64,000 nt of DNA from an uncultured virus (IMG/VR IMGVR_UViG_3300024308_000304) (lineage: Duplodnaviria; Heunggongvirae; Uroviricota; Caudoviricetes): IMG/VR virus record IMGVR_UViG_3300024308_000304; one strand, given 5' to 3'. The notes under the pieces are model-generated. The model saw only the letters and a list, made by a program, of their open reading frames with translations. It searched no databases and was not told where the DNA came from. The position numbers and the translations under genes are program-made. Within the stretch, counting starts at the first letter, position 1; each line of letters opens with the position of its first letter. This document shows, piece by piece, positions 41,856 through 48,129 of the stretch.

Positions 41856-42479
41856 TTAAATTGACATCATAGAAATTACTTCTATATCACTATCATTTAA
41901 ATCTTTTAGCTTTTTATTATTTTCTTTTAAATAAGAATAGATATCAAAATTACTCAATGAGATGCCTTGATATTTTGTATAATTTCTTCCAAATATAAAA
42001 TTGTGCTTGTTAAGAAATTTATCCCCATTGAAACAAACAGACACATATTCGGCTTTTTCACCAGTCATGATTCTAATGTTTTCCATTTGCGTGTCCAATC
42101 CAACATAAGCTGTCTTAATAGCTGCAAGACAAGGTAATGCCAGTAAAAAACAAAACGTTGAAGGAATTATTAACATAGAACCAATGATTCGTTCATTATG
42201 ATATTCTGGATTGTAATTATCACCGAAATAAATCATTAAGGCCGGAACAAATATAAGTATAAGCATAGGCGAGAGTATAAGTAACATCATAGGTCCTACT
42301 TTATAAACTATATGTTGAGCATAAGCTTTAAGCATTACATGTGCAGTAAAAACAAAAACACAAAGATTAGAAATGATAAGGAGCCTTGATTCAGAAATAA
42401 ATGAAGCAAAGACTAGAGAAATTGAAGGAATAATAAAAATAAAAAAGATTATATTCTTTGTAAAAAAATCTTTATTCAT
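41856..42479 (-). CDS. 4-TM membrane protein, MxxI family
   Basis: Ends KLKDLNDSDIEVISMMSI. Confidence 0.75.
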   Translation of the reverse strand: MNKDFFTKNIIFFIFIIPSISLVFASFISESRLLIISNLCVFVFTAHVMLKAYAQHIVYKVGPMMLLILSPMLILIFVPALMIYFGDNYNPEYHNERIIGSMLIIPSTFCFLLALPCLAAIKTAYVGLDTQMENIRIMTGEKAEYVSVCFNGDKFLNKHNFIFGRNYTKYQGISLSNFDIYSYLKENNKKLKDLNDSDIEVISMMSI

Positions 42480-42571
42480 AATTTGTCAATTCTCCATGTA
42501 GAACTCAGATTATACAGTATTTACAATGTTTTATCAATTATTTTATTTGAAATACTCTATAAAATATAAAT

Positions 42572-42600
42572 AAAAAAAAGAGAACTTTGATAGTTCTCTT
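42572..42600 (-). terminator. Intrinsic terminator closing the tRNA array
   Basis: AAGAGAACT-atcaa-AGTTCTC followed by T8 on the minus strand, just after the last tRNA. Confidence 0.8.
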
Positions 42601-42608
42601 TATTTATT

Positions 42609-42683
42609 TGGTGGTCCTGCAAGGAATCGAACCTTGATCGATCCGTTATGAGCGGACAGCATTAGCCATTATGCTACAAGACC
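42609..42683 (-). tRNA. tRNA with CAT anticodon (Ile2 or elongator Met)
   Basis: GGTCTTG/CAGGACC-A-CCA; loop CT-CAT-AA; T arm CAAGG-TTCGATT-CCTTG. Confidence 0.85.
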
Positions 42684-42688
42684 AAATA

Positions 42689-42765
42689 TGGTGGACCGTG
42701 ACGGGATTCGAACCCGTGACCTCTTGAATGCCATTCAAGCGTTCTCCAAACTGAACTACACGCCC
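42689..42765 (-). tRNA. tRNA-Ala(GGC), one-nt bulge in acceptor 3' strand
   Basis: G3:U70; loop AT-GGC-AT; encoded CCA. Confidence 0.85.
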
Positions 42766-42769
42766 GTAA

Positions 42770-42852
42770 TAAGTCAATCGTAATTACCGCTATACGACCA
42801 CGAAATCTTTTGAATTCCGCAGATTGGTGCTGACCCAATGTCTATTGACTTA
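42770..42852 (-). ncRNA. Circularly permuted tRNA-like RNA (YrlA/Y-RNA-like architecture)
   Basis: 5' TAAGTCAAT-agac-[ATTGG gtcagca CCAAT]-[CTGCGGAAT tcaaaag ATTTCGTGG]-tc-[GTA tagcggtaat TAC]-g-ATTGACTTA 3'. Confidence 0.7.
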
Positions 42853-42854
42853 AC

Positions 42855-42953
42855 TTGTTAACAGAACTAGGACTTGAACCTAGCCAATCGCCGCTGAACC
42901 CGAGACAATCTATCCTTTCTGTGAGGCGATTCCAACGTTGTCTCTTTCTGTTA
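42855..42953 (-). ncRNA. tRNA-like RNA with canonical T arm and expanded anticodon loop
   Basis: Terminal stem TAACAGAA/TTCTGTTA then ACAA; T arm CTAGG-TTCAAGT-CCTAG; AATCGCC/GGCGATT stem around a ~32-nt loop. Confidence 0.6.
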
Positions 42954-42955
42954 TC

Positions 42956-43031
42956 TGGCATCCGTAACAGGACTCGAACCTGTATATTCCGCTTAGGAGG
43001 CAGACGCTCTGTCCTGTTGAGCTATACGGAT
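42956..43031 (-). tRNA. tRNA-Arg(CCT)
   Basis: ATCCGTA/TACGGAT-G-CCA; loop CT-CCT-AA. Confidence 0.9.
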
Positions 43032-43037
43032 ATAAAA

Positions 43038-43571
43038 TCATTTAAAATCAATAAATGAAAGTTCAAGTGCCGTGAGTTTTGATTTAATTGATGCAATTAC
43101 ATCATTTCTGATCAATGCTCTTTCTTTAGCTTTCTTTTTATCTGCTTCTCTTTTTTTAGAAGCTTTTTCTTTTCTTTTATCAATTTCTTGCTTTACTGAC
43201 TCAATTGTATTTAAAACTTCTGTTTCAAAATCTTCATAAATAAACCTTGAAGGAAACTTGTTAAAATAAACATCAATTACTTTATTTCTATATTCAAGTT
43301 CATCAATATCGCTATAAAAACTTACAAATTCCTGATAGCCATTATAATTGAACTCACCAAAACCATCGCATTCAAATTTTTCCAAATCAACAGTATCAAA
43401 TGTTGCCCATCTATATTTCAAAGCTAACAATTCAGCTATTTTATCAAAAACATATATAGACCTTGAAACAATACGTTCAAGAATATCATTGCTTTCTTTT
43501 ATAGTTCTAAAATCTGCTTTTGCATTAATATATTCATCTTTAGTTAAAGGTGCAACATAAGCAATAGACAT
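43038..43571 (-). CDS. Hypothetical protein embedded in the tRNA array
   Basis: 177 aa with AGGA SD; basic coiled-coil near the C-terminus. Confidence 0.75.
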   Translation of the reverse strand: MSIAYVAPLTKDEYINAKADFRTIKESNDILERIVSRSIYVFDKIAELLALKYRWATFDTVDLEKFECDGFGEFNYNGYQEFVSFYSDIDELEYRNKVIDVYFNKFPSRFIYEDFETEVLNTIESVKQEIDKRKEKASKKREADKKKAKERALIRNDVIASIKSKLTALELSFIDFK

Positions 43572-43599
43572 ATTTTAAATCCTATAATTGAAAAAGATT

Positions 43600-43758
43600 G
43601 ATGGATAAGTCGCACGATTTTGTTAGCTACTCCCTCAAGGGGTCTGGTTCCAAAATTGTTGAAAAATCAACACCGCTTATACTGAGCAGTGTAGTCACTC
43701 AGCCGTCCGCACTTAGGTCTTACTACACAGATTATCTAAGCAATCGTCTTACGCCATC
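43600..43758 (-). ncRNA. Unidentified structured ncRNA (~160 nt) in the tRNA array
   Basis: GC-rich relative to its surroundings; ends pair (GATGG-C-GTAAG/CTTATCCATC; ACGATT/AATCGT; TTAG/CTAA); internal stems. Confidence 0.55.
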
Positions 43759-43764
43759 TTTATT

Positions 43765-43841
43765 TGGTGGGCCTTGTAGGACTTGAACCTACGACCTATC
43801 GATTATGAGTCGAACGCTCTAACCAACTGAGCTAAAGGCCC
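43765..43841 (-). tRNA. tRNA with CAT anticodon, probably Ile2 (reads AUA after lysidine modification)
   Basis: GGGCCTT/AAGGCCC-A-CCA; CGA-CTCATAA-TCG; Ile2-like body; lacks the initiator GGG/CCC anticodon stem. Confidence 0.85.
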
Positions 43842-43858
43842 TTCATGTATCTAAAATA

Positions 43859-43935
43859 TGGTGGGACTTGTAAGACTTGAACTTACGACCTACCGATTAT
43901 GAGTCGGTTGCTCTAACCATCTGAGCTAAAATCCC
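43859..43935 (-). tRNA. tRNA with CAT anticodon, probably Ile2
   Basis: GGGATTT/AAGTCCC-A-CCA; ACCGA-CTCATAA-TCGGT. Confidence 0.85.
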
Positions 43936-44002
43936 ATAAAGACTGAACATCCCCGCAACACGATTTCAATCACTTCCAACCTATAACGTTGGACCTCCGA
44001 AT

Positions 44003-44078
44003 TGGCATCCCCAGTAGGACTCGAACCTACAACCTGTAGCTTAGAAGGCCACCGCTCTTCCAGTTGAGCTATGAGGAC
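44003..44078 (-). tRNA. tRNA-Arg(TCT)
   Basis: GTCCTCA/TGGGGAT-G-CCA; loop CT-TCT-AA. Confidence 0.9.
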
Positions 44079-44094
44079 ATTGTAACTATATAAC

Positions 44095-44169
44095 TGGTGG
44101 ACCAACAGGGAATCGAACCCTGAACTCCTGCGTGCAAGGCAGGGATTTTCCCGATTAAACTATCAGCCC
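44095..44169 (-). tRNA. tRNA-Ala(TGC)
   Basis: G3:U70; CCTGC-CTTGCAC-GCAGG; encoded CCA. Confidence 0.9.
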
Positions 44170-44175
44170 ATAAAT

Positions 44176-44246
44176 CTGTTTTAGTGCGTGAGTTACACGA
44201 CCTCTGGGTATCGCCCAGTATTCTACTTTAAACTACAACTAAACAG
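44176..44246 (-). ncRNA. Shrunken tRNA-like element or pseudo-tRNA
   Basis: Paired ends; D-like TAGTTTAAAGTAGAATA; CTGGG-cgata-CCCAG; aggt; CGTG-taact-CACG; no CCA. Confidence 0.5.
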
Positions 44247-44259
44247 TAACTTTTATATC

Positions 44260-44336
44260 TGGTGGATACAGATGGGATTTGAACCCATGACATCCTGCGT
44301 GCAAAGCAGGCGTTCTCCCAACTGAACTACTGACCC
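44260..44336 (-). tRNA. tRNA-Ala(TGC), one-nt bulge in acceptor 3' strand
   Basis: GGGTCAG/CTGTATCC-A-CCA; loop TT-TGC-AC. Confidence 0.85.
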
Positions 44337-44343
44337 ATTAATT

Positions 44344-44416
44344 TGGTGGAGCCTGTAAGTTTCGACCTTACAACTTCGATTAAATCGCAATTTTACGATA
44401 GTTAAACTAAAGCCCC
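44344..44416 (-). ncRNA. Ala-acceptor tRNA-like RNA with truncated anticodon arm
   Basis: GGGGCTT/AGGCTCC-A-CCA with G3:U70; anticodon arm reduced to CGAT-tta-ATCG; T loop GTCGAAA. Confidence 0.7.
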
Positions 44417-44422
44417 ATAATT

Positions 44423-44499
44423 TGGCGTCTACGGTAGGATTCGAACCTACGACCATCCGCTTAGAAGGCGGATGCTCTATCCAACTGAGCTACGCAGAC
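44423..44499 (-). tRNA. tRNA-Arg(TCT)
   Basis: GTCTGCG/CGTAGAC-G-CCA; TCCGC-CTTCTAA-GCGGA. Confidence 0.92.
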
Positions 44500-44514
44500 A
44501 TTTTAATAACAAAT

Positions 44515-44589
44515 TGGTGGACCTACAGAGAATCGAACTCTGAACTTCTGCGTGCAAGGCAGATATTTTCCCAATTAAACTATAAGCCC
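44515..44589 (-). tRNA. tRNA-Ala(TGC)
   Basis: GGGCTTA/TAGGTCC-A-CCA; loop CT-TGC-AC. Confidence 0.9.
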
Positions 44590-44600
44590 ATTTAATTATC

Positions 44601-44676
44601 TGGTGGAGCAAGTGGGATTCGAACCCACGACCTCTTGAATGCCATTCAAGTATTCTGCCAACTGAACTATTACCCC
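44601..44676 (-). tRNA. tRNA-Ala(GGC)
   Basis: GGGGTAA/TTGCTCC-A-CCA; CTTGA-ATGGCAT-TCAAG. Confidence 0.92.
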
Positions 44677-44682
44677 ATAATT

Positions 44683-44758
44683 TGGTGGAGCTATGTAGAC
44701 TCGAACTACATTCTCTACTCGGCAAGAGTAGTGTTTTGCCACTTAAACTAAAAGCCCC
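44683..44758 (-). tRNA. tRNA-Ala(TGC), atypical loop 3' side (C37 G38)
   Basis: GGGGCTT/TAGCTCC-A-CCA; CTACT-CTTGCCG-AGTAG. Confidence 0.8.
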
Positions 44759-44765
44759 TTAAAAC

Positions 44766-44843
44766 TGGTGGAGACAAAGAGAATCGAACTCTTCACAGTC
44801 TGCGTGCAAGGCAAACTCGCCGGCCCATGGAACATGTGCCCCC
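44766..44843 (-). tRNA. tRNA-Ala(TGC), non-canonical D arm (C8)
   Basis: GGGGGCA/TGTCTCC-A-CCA; TTTGC-CTTGCAC-GCAGA; weakly paired D region. Confidence 0.8.
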
Positions 44844-44900
44844 ATAACTTGTTTCTATATAGTGAGTTTTTTATTTACTTCCTTACTCTCTATGTTGTAC

Positions 44901-44929
44901 ATATTACCAAGCGAAAAACACTTTGTCAA
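44901..44929 (-). promoter_or_regulatory. Sigma70-type promoter immediately upstream of the tRNA array
   Basis: TTGACA-17 nt-TAATAT on the minus strand. Confidence 0.7.
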
Positions 44930-45021
44930 CTACTTTTTTAAATTATTTTTAAAATATTTTACTTTAAAATCAATGAATTGCAATACATATGGTTGAACAG
45001 TATCCTACCATTTTCGGGCAT

Positions 45022-45056
45022 AAAAAAACCTTTGAGATTTTACCCTCAAAGGCTTT
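45022..45056 (-). terminator. Attenuator terminator
   Basis: AGCCTTTGAG-ggtaaaat-CTCAAAGG followed by T7. Confidence 0.85.
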
Positions 45057-45115
45057 CAACATTCGTTCGCCAGAGGGTTTAGCATGTGCTAATCCCTCTC
45101 AATGAGATTAGCTCA

Positions 45116-45157
45116 CTAAGATATCGCTCTGGCTCTTATAATTAATTGAATGTTCAT
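45116..45157 (-). CDS. 13-aa leader peptide MNIQLIIRARAIS
   Basis: AGGA SD; ATG AAC ATT CAA TTA ATT ATA AGA GCC AGA GCG ATA TCT TAG, followed by TGA. Confidence 0.8.
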   Translation of the reverse strand: MNIQLIIRARAIS

Positions 45158-45185
45158 AAAATAAATTCCTATCTAATGTATGAGT

Positions 45186-45214
45186 ATTATAAAAGGTTTT
45201 AATTTAAAAGTCAA
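45186..45214 (-). promoter_or_regulatory. Sigma70-type promoter of the leader transcript
   Basis: TTGACT-17 nt-TATAAT on the minus strand. Confidence 0.8.
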
Positions 45215-45259
45215 TCTAATGTAAAAAAATAAAAAAGAGCTATCAGGCTCTTTTTATAA

Positions 45260-46000
45260 TTATTTAAAACTTAATATGATTGAACCAACGTTTTGATTAT
45301 CCGTACAGGAGCTTTTATTAAATGCTTCTGACAAAGGATTAACACCATTAACATCCATTTTTGAAAATTCAGTGTATAATGGGCTGTCTTTATCAGCAAG
45401 TGAAATACAGAATGGTGTAAAATAGCCAACATAAAGAAGAGAATCAGGTTCACCTTTTTTAATAACAGACACAGTGCTATCTTTTTCTTTAGATATTGTT
45501 GTATAAATAATTCCGGGTATTTTTTTCTTCATATTAATACATTCTGATGTATTATTTTGTTCACACTTGCCATCTTGAATCATTTTTTTTATTTCAATGA
45601 GATTTGAAGATATAAAATCAACATTTGCATTTTTATAATATCGGTTACCAGTAAAGAATATAGCTGTCATAATAATAACTAAAGCAGTTAATATTAAAAG
45701 TAACTTATTAGTTAAAAAATGACCTGTTTTATCAACAATATCTTTAACGACATATCTTCTGAAAAAATTATATCCTGTACAAATAATCACAAAAGCAAAA
45801 GCAATAAATTGCATAGTTCTAAAAGCTTCAAAAAAGCTAATATAATTATCTCTTTGTCCATTTAGCAAAGCATTAAATGTGTAATTTTCAATAAAGATTG
45901 GTAAAAATGCTAGTGAAATTATTAATATTGGAACAATAGACACAATACCAGTCACTATTTTCCTATCATGCTGTAAAACAAAAGAACTCAATTTACTCAT
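45260..46000 (-). CDS. 3-TM protein with C-terminal Cys-containing, possibly pilin-like (PilS-type) domain
   Basis: Three TM helices; PFCISLA..VNG..SSC..IILSFK. Confidence 0.6.
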   Translation of the reverse strand: MSKLSSFVLQHDRKIVTGIVSIVPILIISLAFLPIFIENYTFNALLNGQRDNYISFFEAFRTMQFIAFAFVIICTGYNFFRRYVVKDIVDKTGHFLTNKLLLILTALVIIMTAIFFTGNRYYKNANVDFISSNLIEIKKMIQDGKCEQNNTSECINMKKKIPGIIYTTISKEKDSTVSVIKKGEPDSLLYVGYFTPFCISLADKDSPLYTEFSKMDVNGVNPLSEAFNKSSCTDNQNVGSIILSFK

Positions 46001-46115
46001 TTCTGATTCTCCTTTAGGTGAATAAATCCTATCTAAATGATATCATAAGAATAATGTAGATCAATTAAAAAACACTTAAAATAAAAAAATGTTTAAATTA
46101 AATCTTTTTTGAAAG

Positions 46116-46763
46116 CTAAATATTAAGTATAAACATTGGAGTAACCTTGAATTCGGCTTTGAGCTTACAATTTGAAACATTGCGAACACATTCCATCTTA
46201 TTTAAACGATTATTATTGTCATCAATTAATGTATAAGATTGAGTCCCCAACATATTTGTGTTCACTTGACTCTGTAATAACGTGTACAATTTAACCATCA
46301 AAGATTTATCTGTTGAATAAGTTTGTTTGGGTAAAGTAAAAATAAATGAAACAGAAGTGATTCTACCAAACTTTTCTTTTATTACAGGATCAACCTTAAA
46401 TCCATAAGGAACTTTTGATTTCCAAAGATCGCAAGGTAATAATAAAATGTTTTCACCGTTCTTTGGTTGCCAGCCATGTTCTTTATCACCGCATTCTTGA
46501 TCACTCGAAATAAAACTTTGTTTAATTGCTGTTCCAAAATTAGGTGCTGATAGTTGTTCTTTCAATTTATTTTCATCGAGGACATCAATAGTAACTCTTT
46601 TATCTACTGCTGATAATAAAGCAACAATATTTTGAGCAAACAATTCTTGTAATTCTTTTTCTTTGGCTTCTGAAAGATATTGCATAAATCCAAGTGATAC
46701 AATACATAAAACAGTGATAGACAGCAATGCTTCAATTAATGATAATCCTGAGTTTTTAATCAT
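46116..46763 (-). CDS. Type IV prepilin-like protein
   Basis: Class III signal MIKNSG|LSLIEALLSITVLCIV (Gly at -1, Glu at +5). Confidence 0.75.
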   Translation of the reverse strand: MIKNSGLSLIEALLSITVLCIVSLGFMQYLSEAKEKELQELFAQNIVALLSAVDKRVTIDVLDENKLKEQLSAPNFGTAIKQSFISSDQECGDKEHGWQPKNGENILLLPCDLWKSKVPYGFKVDPVIKEKFGRITSVSFIFTLPKQTYSTDKSLMVKLYTLLQSQVNTNMLGTQSYTLIDDNNNRLNKMECVRNVSNCKLKAEFKVTPMFILNI

Positions 46764-46845
46764 AACAATAAAGGAATTAGTATTTTAATGTTAGCAGGTA
46801 TTTGAAAAAAATCAATGTTACAAGAAAAGACCAGAAGGTCTTTAA

Positions 46846-47379
46846 TTATTTGAATATACCAGCGTCTTTCCAGACTTGATAACGCTTCTCTATTTCTTTG
46901 GAATAGGAATTATCTTTTTTATTACACATAGCATAGGCATTTTCACCACTATCTAATACTGGAACCTGATAATCCCAAGTTCTATCTTCACAATCAATAG
47001 TAGATCCCAATAAGTAAAGTCTTCTCATGTCTGGCTGATCGTAACCAAAATAAGGACGGCATTCAAATGTTAAAGATTGTTTTTCATGTTGAACCGTAAA
47101 TAAGTTTGTTCTTGGACTATATTTAGTAAATGCAGTACATGGAGAGGTTTCTGCTCTGTAATCATATTCATTAAAAAGACGGCGAGTACCATCAGCGTTA
47201 AAATCAGCCTGAACATACATCGTTCTAAGATATATCTTTGTTTCGTTAGTTGACCATTTCAAACTACCTAATGTTGGTTCTTTCTCTACATGACTTGCAA
47301 AATGATTTTGCACTGTTGAACAGCCAGATGCTAATACTGCAAAGCATAATGCTGAAATAGTTTTTAGTTTTAAGGACAT
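46846..47379 (-). CDS. Lipoprotein
   Basis: Lipobox LASG|C. Confidence 0.75.
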   Translation of the reverse strand: MSLKLKTISALCFAVLASGCSTVQNHFASHVEKEPTLGSLKWSTNETKIYLRTMYVQADFNADGTRRLFNEYDYRAETSPCTAFTKYSPRTNLFTVQHEKQSLTFECRPYFGYDQPDMRRLYLLGSTIDCEDRTWDYQVPVLDSGENAYAMCNKKDNSYSKEIEKRYQVWKDAGIFK

Positions 47380-47427
47380 TATAATTCTCCGGTTTTATAA
47401 TAAATATTAACTTTTACTCATTATAAG

Positions 47428-48129
47428 TCAATAGAGGTACATTTCCAAGGTGCTTAATTCATTTTCTGTCAAATTGACTATATTTGTATGTGGATAAAAT
47501 GTTTCCAACGTAGACTCTAAGGTTTGTTGACTGCATTTTCTTTCATCATTAATGAAAACATTACCCGGATATACTTTGAAATTAGCAAATTCAAAATAAA
47601 AATTATCATAGCCAAAATCATATACAAAGTTCAAATTTTTATAAACAGTATTCCTATAATTTCTATTAAAAATATCTTTTTTGAAATACTCATTACTTTT
47701 TCTCTTATTTATAATCTTGTAGATTAAGTTCACAACAGGAATATTGTTTCTAAAAAATATAAAAAACAAATCAATAAAGAATATTGCATAAGCCAAATGA
47801 TTCAAAGATAATCTAATATACTTATCAAATTCAAAATAACGAGAAAGGCTGCTGAAGATAATGGTGACAAAAATAGTTGTTAAAAATATAAGAGAGCTAT
47901 ATTTATTTCCTTTTATAATATAAATAGGTTTAGAAACTCCCATTACATAACTGGAACTGTTCATGTAGTGATAAAATGGAATAAAAAATATAGGTACAAT
48001 TAAACTGACAAAAATTGAACCATTAATAAGAGTTGTAATGAAAATAATAAAAAGTTTAAAAAAATAAAAATCGTTCCCCATTAACTGAGAAACGATTCTT
48101 TTTGATGAATGAATAAAGTTATTCACCAT
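47428..48129 (-). CDS. Membrane protein, MxxY C-terminal-tag family
   Basis: TM helices; ends NLTENELSTLEMYLY. Confidence 0.7.
   Translation of the reverse strand: MVNNFIHSSKRIVSQLMGNDFYFFKLFIIFITTLINGSIFVSLIVPIFFIPFYHYMNSSSYVMGVSKPIYIIKGNKYSSLIFLTTIFVTIIFSSLSRYFEFDKYIRLSLNHLAYAIFFIDLFFIFFRNNIPVVNLIYKIINKRKSNEYFKKDIFNRNYRNTVYKNLNFVYDFGYDNFYFEFANFKVYPGNVFINDERKCSQQTLESTLETFYPHTNIVNLTENELSTLEMYLY

Larger units (their letters stand above)
45022..45157 (-). promoter_or_regulatory. Ribosome-dependent transcription attenuator upstream of the tRNA array
   Basis: Leader ORF plus mutually exclusive pairings 1:4, 2:3, 3:4, 4:5 (antiterminator) and 5:6 (terminator). Confidence 0.8.

Noticed and set aside
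43941..44000. GC-rich spacer with a TCCAAC/GTTGGA hairpin between tRNAs
   Set aside because: Only one convincing stem; insufficient to call an ncRNA by eye.
42855..44725. ORF-track entries 42855-43058, 43598-43786, 44253-44456 and 44477-44725
   Set aside because: They overlap tRNAs or structured RNAs, lack SD sites, and are expected by-products of locally higher GC.
42609..44843. Amber suppressor tRNA in the array
   Set aside because: All anticodons were read by hand and none is CTA. The CTTCTAA loops are Arg(TCT) in the standard register. A suppressor elsewhere in the genome cannot be excluded.
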